From the NCBI RefSeq assembly GCF_006345805.1, contig NC_043020.1, positions 10,354,001 to 10,418,000 of the forward strand: a DNA stretch of 64,000 bases. Direction: 5' to 3'. The notes beneath the pieces were generated by a model. It had not been told where the DNA came from. It ran no database searches and saw nothing but the letters and a program-made list of their open reading frames with translations. The DNA comes from Octopus sinensis. Taxonomy: Eukaryota. Positions 51,221 to 64,000 of the stretch are shown piece by piece. Positions within the stretch are counted from its first letter, which is position 1, and each line of letters opens with the position of its first letter. Both the position numbers and the translations under genes were made by a program.

Positions 51221-52362
51221 TGAATGTATGTATGTATGTGTGTATATGTTTGTGTTTCCGTGTTTGTCCCCCCAACATCGCTTGACAACCGATGCTGGTG
51301 TGTTTACGTCCCCATAACTTAGCGGTTTGGCAAAAAAAAAGACCGATAGAATAAGTACTAGGCTTACAAAGAATAAGTCCTCGGATCGACTTGCTCTACT
51401 AAAGGCGGTGCTCCAGCATGGCCACTGTCAAATGACTGAAACAAGTAAAAGAGTAAAAATTTCTGTCTCTTGCCATGATCCGTGAGAATCAATGAAATTA
51501 AAAAAACTTTCATTTTAATTTATTCTCATCTCTCACTTCCCTCACCTGATATTCTCATACTCTACAATAGCGGTTACTAACGTTTTTGCACTCGCGACCC
51601 CTTACCCAAAAGCTTGAAACCCACGCGATGCCCTACTACCTGTTGCTTGATTTGCATTTTAATTAATCATTATTATCCCAAGCCACTTCTAGCAAGGCTA
51701 CGCAACCCCACCTCCCAAGGCTTCGTGACCTCCCCACGAGGTTGTACACATAGATGAAGTCCCATTTTGGAAGTATACTCTTTTACTTGTTTCAGTCATT
51801 TGACTGCAGCCATGCTGGAGCACCGCCTTTAGTCGAGCAAATCGACCCCAAGACTTATTCTTTGTAAGCCTAGTACTTATTCTATTGGTCTCTTTTGCCG
51901 AACTGCTAAGTTACGGGGACGTAAACACACCAGATGTTGGGGGGACAAACACAGACACACAAACACACATATATATACATATACATATATACGATAGGCT
52001 TCTTTCAGTTTCCGCATACCAAATCTACTCACAAGGCTTTGGTCGGCCCGAGGCTATAGTAGAAGACACTTGACCAAAGTGCCATGCAGTAGGAATGAAC
52101 CCGGAACCATGTGGTTGGTAAGCAAGCTACTTAGTACACAGCTACTCCTGCGCCTATGTTAAAGTTTTTATTATTTTGGAATGAACGAACACAAAAACAG
52201 GTGCTGAGCCTGTGATTAAACTTGTAGTATTTTGTTGAGATTAGTCCAATGTATTGACAGCAAAATAACTGCTTAGCGAAAAGAGAAAACCGACGAATGT
52301 GACAGGTATGTAAAGTATATTTTGCGTACTTCTTTCTCTGTTCATTTGTATAAGCTGTAGAA

Positions 52363-52777
52363 ATTGTGGCGATCTTTCGTCTCTAGTAGACCTTTCCGTC
52401 GATTTCCGTAAATTTTTTTTTTTTTTACATATGGGCTTGCGGGAACTTTTGAAGTAATATACATACATATACACATACACCGAGTAAGAAATTTCAGTTA
52501 TCTCTTTCTTTCACACATACTAACAGAAGCACTTCACTTACACAACATACTGTCTGTCTCCCACACCCCATCAAACACACACAAACACACACATGTACAT
52601 CAATGCTTCCCGTGCACGGTAACTTCAAAAGAATTTCCCTCGTCATACAATCGCTTTCTCTTAGTCTCTTTCGCTCTCATTACTTCAAAAGTTCCCGCAA
52701 GCCCATATGTAAAAAAAAAAATTTTTTACGAAAATCGACGGAAAGGTCTACTAGAGACGAAAGATTGCCGAAATTGT
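52363..52777. repeat. Inverted repeat / MITE-like element with ~95-bp arms
   Basis: GTCTCTAGTAGACCTTTCCGTCG...GGGAACTTTTGAAGTAAT occurs reverse-complemented at 52679-52777. Confidence 0.75.
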
Positions 52778-53329
52778 TGTGTGCACGCCCACACACAAGC
52801 ACAAAAGTTCTCCAGACGTTTAGCTGTTATTTTTAGCATATCGAGTTTCGTGGTGGGGGCTTTTGCCGTTTCATTATAAATGAAACGGTATACGGAAATG
52901 GACAAAATAGTTGTTCATTTTCACTTTTAGACAGCGGGATGAGGTGTGCTAAAATTTGTTTACCCCCACCACCACCTCATTCTTAATCTCCATATTTTTC
53001 CATATCTACATGGAAAAATTTTTTCAATCTATTGAAAAAAAAAATTCCAAAAAGTTGAGAATTAAAAAAATGTTTTGAGTGTTGGGAATTAAAAATTTTG
53101 AAAACGTGGTCTTTTGTATATCCGGAATCTCCATCATGGAAAACATAGGGATCCGGTGAAAAAAAGAAATTGGAAACGCCAGTGCCGGGGTGGGGTGGGG
53201 TGGGGCGGGGTGGGGGAGACTGTGCTGCCAAAATGGTCGTTTTTGCGGTAAAAATTGAAACCATTATGATTATTATTTAAGACAGTTTGATTTGAGTCCA
53301 TGTAAATCGAAGTTTTGAAAGATTCTAGA

Positions 53330-53720
<391 letters not shown>

Positions 53721-53759
53721 TAACTTTCATATATGAGATTACATGTAAATAATAGTTAC

Positions 53760-54139
53760 CTTATTTGCAATAAAAGCTATTGTTACACCAACTATAACAA
53801 TGCAAATATAACAACAATGCAGAGCGATCCAATATTTATATCGTTTACACCATTGTTCTATGCATAGACGTGCATTTTGAATACCGGCAGCTTCGTTGTT
53901 CGTTTCATTATCTTGTCTATTTTGAGGACCCTGCTGTATCCCATCAGCTTGATTAGTGGCAGGTGGCTATTTTCAGCGGTTTCTTCAGGTGACGGAAGCG
54001 ATGTTAAATTATTGGATGTTCCAGCGTCTTCAGTTCCTTCATCTTGATCGGGTTCTCGATGATACATGAGCGGTGTCTCTGTGATCGGTTCATTCTCGTT
54101 ACGATCAGTTCCGTTTACGTTACGATCAGTTCCATCCAT
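53760..54139 (-). pseudogene. TNF ligand B, exon 1, frameshifted near 53969
   Basis: The ATG54139 frame stops at 53858; the transmembrane segment (QWCKRYKYWIALHCCYICIVIVGVTIAFIANK|GTAAC) is in the -1 frame and aligns with A (QWCRKFKYAIL...ANHTQIK|GTAAT). An assembly error cannot be excluded. Confidence 0.65.
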
Positions 54140-55246
54140 GTTACGATCAGTTTTTTTTCCTTCTCTCTCTATTTTTCTTTTGTAGTTTCCTTCTTTTTAT
54201 TTGGTCGGTCTTCTAAAGATTGTTGTGTGTCCGTTCGATTTTAAGAAAACGTTTCTGACTTCTTTTGAATCAAGTTTCGCCTCATTTTCTGCAATTTCAA
54301 CAATTAACTACGATACAACGTGAGAGGAACAAGGCTAAATAACTTCAAATTTAAATTTATTTTCATTTCTCACTCCTCTCTCACCTGATATTCTCGTACT
54401 CTACAATATACTTCCTGGTCTCTCTTCACTTTATTTTCCTTTCGCTCTCTCTCTGTCATTCTCCCTCTGTCCCTCCCACTTTTGCTGATTCTCTCCCCCC
54501 CTCTCTCTTTCATAACCTTTCTCCTTCTCTGTCACTGCCTTTTCATATTTTTATATTCAGGACCAGTGAATTGACCAGATCGTTGAATGATCGATCTTGT
54601 GCATTATCGGTCATATACAAACATACATACATGCACGTATACATACGTACGTGCGTGCGTACATACACACAGACACACACATACATACATTCATTCATAC
54701 ATTCATACATACAAACATACATACATACATACATACATACATACATACATACATACATACATACATACATGCACGCATGCGAGCACAGTGAAAAATTAAC
54801 CGAGCAGGACCACTTCCTCATTAAGTCCGTGCAAACATTCCGAGAGCCCGTGAAGTTCCTGTGCACGAATTTGCTTTGAGTGAATAAAGTGTGGCACAAT
54901 ATTGAACCCCCTTTTCCGTGTAACCAGCAATAAAACCAGTGGCACAACAGGGGTCGATATGTACTTCAGGGTTTTTGTTTTTTAATCTAAAAGGAAGGCC
55001 TAATGAGAAGTGTGGGTCCTTCACATGCTAATTAACACATGGCTAGGACTCTAACAAGTGCTGCTACCCCGGATCATAGTCGACATGGGAACAGTAGTAG
55101 TTAAGGGGTGGTCTCACTACCCGCAACACCGGAGGATTCCCTTAACGGGGCCCCACTAGCACATGCAGTTTAAAACTATACCCAAGATATCCATACGTAT
55201 ACACACACGTGCATATATAGACCTGTACGTGCATACATACATGCTT

Positions 55247-55277
<31 letters not shown>

Positions 55278-56959
55278 GATAAACGAAGATAGGTGTGCCC
55301 ACATAGTGAATTTATTTTTTTTTTATCTCATAACTTCTAGAAAATTATTTCAGTGAAAAATTCTACATAAACATTTCAGACGGAGTAAAGTGCGATTATA
55401 TCAAAATTTAACGATAAAAATACTTCAAGGCCGATCGTTTATTACCGATATTTCTAACTGCAAAATGAAAGTGGAAATTGAGAAAATAATGTCGTACATG
55501 ACACTAAGGCGGCGAGCTGGCAGAATCGTTAGCACGCTGGGAGAAATGCTTAGCAGTATTTCGTCTGCCGCTGCGTTCTAAGTTCAAATACCGCCGAGGT
55601 CGACTTTGCCTTTCATCCTTTCGGGGTCGATAAATTAAGTACCAGTTTCGCACTGGGGTCGATCTAATCGACTTAATCCGTCTGTGTGTCCTTGTTTGTT
55701 CCCTCTGTGTGTAGCCCCTTGTGGGTAGTAAAGAAATAGTTTTGGCTCCCTCCCCCAAAATTTCGGGCCTTGTGCCTAGAGCAGAAAAGAATGTTGTGCA
55801 TGGCAGTAAGTATGTGTGCGCATCCAGTATTTCCTTTTTGTTTTTTGTTGGTAATTTAAATTCTCGTGTATAGAAGCTTTCTTTTCCCTGTTTTTTTTTT
55901 TTATCGATTCTTCGATGCAGCGTCCATGACTGTTACCAAGCGACAGTCAACCGTGTCAAATATCCTGTTTAAACACTCGCCAGGAGGCTCCAACCACTAT
56001 TGCTAGTTAACTGTCATGTGACAGTTAACTAGCTTCAACTAGCTTCAATAGAGGTGAAGGGCGCATAATTTTTGCCTGCGCTCTCTCTAGGTGTACCTTC
56101 CAATAAAGTTGTTTGAATTGCAGCTCCATCAGCCAAAACTGACTAGCGGTCAAACCATTGAAACATCGGGAAATGGGCACGCAATGAACAAGGTATGTTT
56201 TCTCGACTGACCTGTCCAGTAGCAACGCTGTTTAAGTGTCAGTCAGTCTCACCTGGCAACGCTATTTCTCTGTCGGCATGTTATGGCTTTCGAGTCCTCT
56301 TGTTTCAGCAGTATATAGAAGCTGGCCTTTTCGAAAGGCCTCCAGCATCCTCCCTATTACTTTTCTCAGCTCCACGATCGAAAATCCAAGTCTTCTTTTA
56401 AATAATGTCACCATTTTCATTTCAATGAAGCCTCTCGCTCCCACTGCCAAGTGGTAATTATTTCTTTACTACCCACAAGGGGCTAAACACAGATGGGGAC
56501 AAACAAGGACAGACAGACGGGTTAAGTCGATAATATCGACTCCAGTGCGTAACTGGTACTTATTTAATCAACCCCGAAAGGATGAAAGGCAAAGTCGACC
56601 TCGGCAGAATTTGAACTCAGACCGTTGCGGCATATGAAATACGGCTACGCATTTCGCCCGGCGTGCTAACGTTTCTGCCAGCTCGCTGCCTTAAATAATA
56701 AATGCGCCCTTTTAAAGCCTAGCCAGGCTCATGGGCCCGGTTTCCCGGTTTCAATGGCGTATGCGTTCCCCAGTTGGATGGGACGTCAGTCCATCGCAGC
56801 GTTACTCATTTTTACCAGCTGAGTGGACTGGAGCAACGTGAAATGAAGTGTTTTGCTCAAGAACACAATGCGTCGCCCGGTCCAGGAATCGAAACCACCA
56901 TCCCTCTGACCAACCTTTGGAGAAATTCGTTAGACTCGGGTTATATACTGAAACAGCTT

Positions 56960-58400
56960 CTATCCCAGTCTGTCATCCCGGTTTTCAAACAGGGAAACAG
57001 ATCCCTCGTAGTCAACTATCGCCCAATCTCACTCACCTCCCACATCATTAAAGTGTTTGAAATAGTGGTAACATAAAGGATAGCTGACTTACTGGAGACC
57101 CACAAACTCCTACATGCAAATCAGCATGGCTTTCGCTGTGGCAGGGACTGTCTGACACAGCTCTTACACCACATTCAAGATATACTTAAAGCTTTGGGAA
57201 CAGGTTCGAACTCTGATGTCATATATCTTGACTTCAGTAAAGCGTTCGACAAGGTTGACCATAATATCTTACTCTCAAAATTGGCAAATGTTGGAATCCG
57301 TGGAAAACTTCTACACTGGATTAAGTATTTCCAGGCGAATAGAACACAACATGTTGTAGTCGATGGAGTCCACTTAAGCCCAGCAAAAGTCACCAGCGGT
57401 GTCCCCCAGGGAACTGTCTTGGGCCCGCTCCTCTTTATAATTTACATAAATGACCTTTCCAGTGTCGTACATCACTGCAAAGTGAAAATATTTGCTGATG
57501 ACACTAAGCTCCAGCAAATCGTCAATGAAGAAGCGGACCGAACTCAACTCCAGTCTGATCTATATGCTGTGAGTCAATGGGCAGACAAAAACAAAATGCA
57601 ACTGAATGAGGGAAAATTTGAGCTGATGTATTTTGGAAGAAAGTCCACACTAAAACAGCCTTACTGGGCGTAATTGTTGATAACAATCTCAGTTGGAGTG
57701 CCCACATCAGTAATAAGGTCGATATAGCTCGTAGGATGAGCTCCTGGATCTTAAGAACTTTCCGGTCCAGAGAACAAGGTGTCATCATACCACTTTTCTC
57801 TTTCTTTGTACGGCCACACCTCGAATACGGCTACCCACTATGGTCTCCCCATACAAGACAAAACATCTCGAGGATTGAATCACCCCATAGAGCACTCACT
57901 AAACGAATTGAAGGCATGGCTGCTCTCGATTATTGGGATCGCCTTGAAACTCTACTCTCTCCAGCGCCGCAGCGAGCGGTACATCATTTGTACGATGTGG
58001 AGAATATACCGCCAACTTTGCCCAAACGACCTGAACATTAGTTTCAAGGTTCATCCAAGGTTGGGACCACGGGCCATACGTCTCTTGCTCAATTCAGGAT
58101 CACAGCATATAGGTACACTGCAACATAATTTCTTTTCCTCAACAGGCCCTGCCCCGTTTAACATTGTCCCGAAAGAGATCAAAGAGGAAAAGGATCCCAT
58201 CAACTTTAGACAGAGTCTGGACAGATTTCTTCAAGGAACACCGGATAAGCCACCCATACCGGGATAAAACTCACTCAACAAGAACTCACTACTTGAATGG
58301 ACCATAAACAAAACTTGACTTAAACAGGATTTAGATAATCCAATCAGGTGGTGCTATTAAGTTAGACATGGCCTGGACCAATCTTTGGTCGAAACATATC
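56960..58400 (+). mobile_element. CR1-clade LINE, 5'-truncated RT region with disablements
   Basis: YRPISLTS, QHGF, YLDFSKAFDKVDH, GVPQGTVLGPLLF and FADDTKL motifs; stops and frameshifts. Confidence 0.92.
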
Positions 58401-58642
58401 TAAATTTATCTAAGTTTATATATATATATATATATATATAGGGAGAGTTTACGAAAAAACAAAAGACGAAGACAGGTGGAGTACAAAACAGACAAATGTA
58501 TTAGTATAACGCTGAGGAATAGAAAAAGTCTTTTACGTTTCGAGCCTACGCTCTTCACAGAAAGGGACAGAAAAAACAAGGAGAGTAAAAGAGGGAGAGA
58601 AAAAAGGAAAGAAAAAAAAAAAAATATATATATATATAAGTA

Positions 58643-58826
58643 CTATTTAAGAGGAGTGGTCCCGGTGCGCGCACTCGCGTACTCGCGCATCCCCGCTAGC
58701 TATTTGTGACTAGTCGATCCTACAACGACTACCTAGCAAAGTAAATAAAACACAAAAACACAAAGGATCGACTAGTCACGACTAGCTAGCGCGGATGCGC
58801 GCACCGGGACCACTCTTCTTAAATAG
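58643..58826. mobile_element. 184-bp MITE with TA target duplication
   Basis: TA|CTATTTAAGAGGAGTGGTCCCGGTGCGCGCA ... TGCGCGCACCGGGACCACTCTTCTTAAATAG|TA. Confidence 0.8.
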
Positions 58827-58856
58827 TACCAAATAATATATATACATACATACATA

Positions 58857-58894
<38 letters not shown>

Positions 58895-58909
58895 ACACAC
58901 ACACATATA

Positions 58910-59600
58910 CTAGCAGCATAGCCCGGCGTTGCCCGGGTATGTAAGAGCCCCTAGTAGGCAACGACTAATCCCAATCTAGTCCTTCCCTCTAGGGAAGGAA
59001 GGCGCATGTGTAGGCTGCAATGTCTTCTCTTCACTCGAATACTTCTGTGTATACGATGTTCCTAGCTGTCCCTTTGGGCGAAAACATGAAAACATCGTTG
59101 CGCCTCAACGCGTGAACAGCCCACGTAGAGTTGACCGTGGGCGAAGCACTGTTCGCCCAACTGTAACCCAGCGACTTGTGGCGTTTGGCCTTGGGATTTA
59201 TTGACGGACATTGCGAAGCAGAGTTTAACAGGAAACTGAGAACGCCTGAAGTGGATTGGTAGGTCAGCGCCCGACGGTTGAAGGTGCATGCGTGGAATGA
59301 AGACGTCCTCTCCCTTCCCACGACCGGTAAGTATTGTGGCCGTTATTAAATGTGGTGGCAAATGTTTCACAACCAGACGTGTGCCGTTGTACTGTTTAGG
59401 TGGAACCAAATTCCTGATGAGCATAATGGGCGCACCGACTTTTAACTTCAAGATGTGTGGCGGCAGGCCTGGCGGTTCAAGTGAATTCAGGAATTCAACA
59501 GGATAATCGGCAAGCTCGGCGGGGTCTGCTGTCCTATCAATAGATTTGTAGACGTGGACATCACCAGGAATAGCTTCAAGTATATAATCTATATTCTTTC
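58910..59600 (-). mobile_element. 3' remnant of an autonomous Helitron (PIF1-type helicase C-terminus, terminal hairpin, CTAG)
   Basis: LKVGAPIMLIRNL, NGTRL, RRSQFPVKLCFAMSVNKSQGQT and HGQLYVGCSRV motifs; CCCGGGCAACGCCGGG hairpin then CTAG|T at 58910. Confidence 0.9.
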
Positions 59601-61309
59601 ATTCTAAAGCAGAGATGGAAACGAAGGGTTACTTAAGGGAACGACGCTTCCCTACTTTTTCAGCACATGAAGGGTATTGCTGGTTTATAGCGCCTGGTCC
59701 CACCTTCGCAACCTCAACCCTTCAGACCCTAAATGCTCATAATTTCTTAACACCCATTTCTATCTATATTCCTCTGTCTCCCTATCTTTATGTTTGGCAG
59801 CATCAAATCAAAGATAACCAGAACAACAATAACTCTTACTCTTTTACTCTTTTACTTGTTTCAGTCATTTGACTGCGGCCATACTGGAGCACCGCCTTTA
59901 ATCGAGCAACTCGACCTCGGGACTTATTCTTTTGTAAGCCCAGTACTTATTCTATCGGTCTCTTTTGCCGAACCGCTAAGTAATGGGGACATAAACACAC
60001 CAGCATCGGTTGTCAAGCAATGCTAGGGGACAAACACAGACACACAAACACACACATGCACATACATATATATACATATATACGACGGGCTTCTTTCAGT
60101 TTCCGTCTACCAAATCCACTCACAAGGCATTGGTCGGCCCAGGGCTATGGCAGAAGACACTTGCCCAAGATGCCACGCAGTGGGACTGAACCCGGAACCA
60201 TGTGGTTGGTAGACAAGCTACTTACCATACAGCCATTCCTGCGCCTATATAAGTATATAGATGTGATCGATCTCAGTATTTGATTGGAACTTATAGGTTC
60301 AGGCTCTCTAAATACATTGTAATTGATAAACTCGATCGCATTACTTGACTCGGTGTTTATTTTATCGATCTCAGAGCAGTGAAAAAAGCGAAATGTTTAG
60401 AGTTATCTCCCTTTCACTGCTATTTTCACATTCTTCAATTTGCATCGACTTCTTTACTTTCCTCTACTTTATCTATGCTTTTTATTTTAATTTATTTTAA
60501 TTTATGTCTACTTTTTATTTTAATTTATTTTAATTTATGTCTACTTTTTATTTTAATTTATTTTAATTTATGTCTACACTTTTTATTTTAATTTATTTTC
60601 GAACTGGCAGAAACGTTAGCACGCCGGGCGAAATGCGTAGCCGTATTTCGTCTGCCGTTACGTTCTGAGTTCAAATTACGCCGAGGTCGACTTTGCCTTT
60701 CATCCTTTCGGGGTCGATAAATTAAGTACCAGTTACGCACTAGGGTCGATGTAATCGGCTTGATCCGTATGTCTGTTCTTGTTTGTCCCCTCTGTGTTTA
60801 ACCCCTTGTGAGTAGTAAAGAAATATATTTTAATTTATCTCTACTTTTTATTTTAATTTATCTCTACGTTTTATATCATTTCTTTAGGGACGGTTGCTAT
60901 TTTCCCGCTTTTTCTGTTTCACTCAATGTCATCTCAACCTTTTTGTTCCACGCTTGACTTTGATTCTTCAAATAAGCAGAACTTCGCGTTTTACCGTGAA
61001 ATGATTGTTTAGTGTGCGTGTAACTTCTTTTTTTTTTTCGTTGTAAGCTTGTTTCAGTCATTAGCCTGCGTCCATGCTGTGGTACCGCCTTGAAGAATTT
61101 CTAGTCGAATGAATCGACCCCAGGTACATGCTCTATTGTGCACATACGCTGAACCCCTAGGTTGCAGGGACCTAAACACTCTGACAACCGTTGTCAAGCG
61201 ATTGTGGTGGACAAACAGGCACAAAGACGCGCGCGCCCACAGACTCACACACGCACGCACACACACACACACAGACACACTCACACACATACACAAAGAC
61301 ACACACACT

Positions 61310-61340
<31 letters not shown>

Positions 61341-62289
61341 ACACACGCACACACAGACACACACTCACACACACTTACACACACACACACACACAACACA
61401 CACACACAAAGACACACACACACTCACACACATGATGGGCTTTTTTCAGTTTCCATCTACTAAATCCATTCCCAAGTCTGGTTGATCCATGGCAATAGTA
61501 GACTGAACTCGAAACCATGTGCTTAGGAAGTAAACATTTAATCAAATATGTATTATTTATATATGGATATATATATATATGTATGTATATATGTATGTCT
61601 TGTTTTGTTTTATACTGTCCTGTTCTTGTTACCATTTTTACCGCTCCGCAAAAAATCTCGAATTTTATTTAATTTGCTTTGCGGGAAGGACTGTTTCAAC
61701 GATGTCACGTCTTGTCCTTGCCTTCGGAACGTGGAGTAAATGAAACAGGGACAACTGAAGAAAGGGAATATTCCTTGTGTTGTATGTCTTGTACTCTGTT
61801 TTTTCGTTGTTTGAAAAAAAGTTCGTTTCCATGTTTTTGTTTTTATGATTTTGTTTCTCATTATGTTCACCGTTTTTCTTTGTGTCCTGTACCCATATAT
61901 GCATGTATATATACATATGTTTATATATTATTTATGTTATTATATGATCGAACGCCACGCATCCATTTCCAAGTAAGTCTTATATATATATAAAAGAAGG
62001 AAATGGAGAAATTGACACACTGTCATTGGTTTATTCTGTAATATTCAAATAGATATAGTATGAAATTCTAATCCTTACAGCCGTTTCCATACCCAATCAA
62101 CTCAATTAGAGAAACTGAATTAGATAATTTTAAGATTTTCATAATCTTGGTTGGATTATATTGTTATCAGTTTTACACATCTTTCTATATTTTCTAAGTG
62201 TCATCATATAGAAACATTTCTCATCGCATCAGCACACAATTTACAGATACATACATTTTTTTTAATGTTTTCCATGAAGTTTTCACAGG

Positions 62290-62785
62290 TTCATCATCAT
62301 CATCATCATCATCATCGTTTAACGTCCGCTTTCCATGCTAGCATGGGTTGGACGGTTCAACTGGGGTCTGGGGAGCCCGAAGGCTGCACCAGGCCAGTCA
62401 GATCTGGCAGTGTTTCTACAGCTGGATGCCCTTCCTAACGCCAACCACTCCGAGAGTGTAGTGGGTGATTTTATGTGCCACTGACACAGGTGCCAGACGA
62501 GGCTGGCAGACGGCCACGCTCGGATGGTGTTTTTTATGTGCCACCGACACAGGTGCCAGACGAGGCTAGCAGACGGCCACGCTTGGATGGTGTTTTTTAT
62601 GTGCCACTGACACAGGTGCCAGACGAGGCTGGCGAACGGCCACGCTCGGATGGTGGTTTTTATGTGCCACCGACACAGGTGCCAGACGAGGCTGGCAGAC
62701 GGCCACGTATGGATGGTGTTTTTTATGTGCCACTGACACAGGTGCCAGACGAGGCTGGCGAACGGCCATGCTTGGATGGTGGGTT
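62290..62785 (-). mobile_element. RTE-tailed element with internal 63-bp array (5 units)
   Basis: ATGTGCCAC at 62473, 62536, 62599, 62662 and 62725; (CAT)n tail. Confidence 0.8.
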
Positions 62786-64000
62786 TTTTTTTTCTTTTTT
62801 TTTAGTAATAATAAATATCAGTAAATATATTTTTCCATTTTTACTATCAGTAATTAAAACAGAATAAGGTGAGTCTGTTCTTTCCAAGGCCAAGGTAGCT
62901 CTTCTCATTGACTATCGGCCAGACCTATTTACAGACCTGTGGAATTTGGTCTATTCACCATGCTGCTTTTCTTCTTCCTACTACCCCCTTCAGCCCTCGT
63001 ATTTATGATTATCTCAAGAACAAAACAAAAGTCAAAACCAAACAACATTTAATAATACTACACAGTAGTAGGAGCAAAGATGGCAGACTTAACTAAATAA
63101 TGGTTATACTGTTGCCAGGGCTACAAAGATTAGTCACAACGATACAGATCAAGGTACTATTTGGTAACTAACAGTGAACAAAGCTGTAATGGCAAGGTTT
63201 AAGTAACTGCAACAGTGTTAATGGCGGAGTTGACAGTAGTGGCAGAGACAACTGTCTCTACATCTGCCACACTGAGATCAATACTCATAATTTTAATGTA
63301 GAACAAATATATCTTATGAAACAAACAGGAAAACTACAACAGTACACCAAATTGCTTGTCCTGTAGTTAATCTGGAAGCATGTCCTCCAGGAGAGAGAGA
63401 GAGAGCCAGCCTGAGGTCAGAAAGTCATCCACTGACACAAACACTTCTCTGGATATGAACCTGGATCGTCGCTTGAATGGGAACTGCCCCAACTCAAGCC
63501 CTTCAAGTCTACCCCACACCCATCACAGAAAGAAAAATGTAAGAGGATCAAATGGACCCAAGAAGAGTGTACATAAGTAATATACACCCATTACTATGCA
63601 TTAGGCAGGTCATTTGAAGAGAAACACACTGCACACTCTTATCAAATATGGAGAACATGAAATCAAGACAGCAGACTATATTTGGACTAAAACAAGTTAG
63701 AAAATTTAGGAGGGATACTTTCAGAAATAAATGACTCACAGATAGTGAAATAACCATGATCAAGCATGCAGTGAAAAAGAAGAACCAGATGAAGAAGGCA
63801 ACTCTCCATGAGTCTCAATTAAAAGACTGTCATCTGACCAGAATGCACAAATGTCTAAAGAAATGAATTGTAATGAGCCTGATAAAGATAGTGAGGAAAT
63901 TGGTAAAGAAACAATATTTGAAGACTACACATTTACTGAAGATCATAGAGAGTCTATGATAGAAGTGAAGCAGAAAATCCTGACTAAGCTTGCAGTTATA

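Noticed and set aside
53858-53969. Programmed -1 ribosomal frameshift to rescue TNF-B
   Set aside because: No canonical X XXY YYZ slippery heptamer; a simple deletion explains the paralogue alignment exactly
63300-64000. Purine-rich coding-like sequence at the window end
   Set aside because: Only short ORFs and no recognisable domain or splice pattern; cannot be assigned

Overview
AT-rich, microsatellite-dense animal genomic DNA, most likely octopus (inferred from the tRNA-derived SINE families and repeat style, not from a search). The + strand carries the last 8 coding exons of a TTC38 orthologue (1471-24923), with all GT-AG junctions phase-consistent. Tail-to-tail with it on the - strand are two tandem 4-exon type II membrane genes of the TNF ligand superfamily, which the ORF track shows only in pieces. 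TNF-A (41960->27411, 320 aa) is intact. TNF-B (54139->45862) has intact exons 2-4, but exon 1 is frameshifted by an apparent 1-nt deletion. Their TNF domains are only about 41% identical in protein (hand count), while intron blocks are about 90% identical in DNA. The rest is repeats: SINEs, RTE and CR1 LINE fragments, mariner/Tc1 remnants, Helitrons, MITEs, minisatellites and several long inverted repeats. A Penelope-like repeat carries a variant minimal hammerhead-ribozyme-like fold, twice in the sense strand of TTC38 introns. All coordinates, translations and identities were read by hand; no database searches were run.
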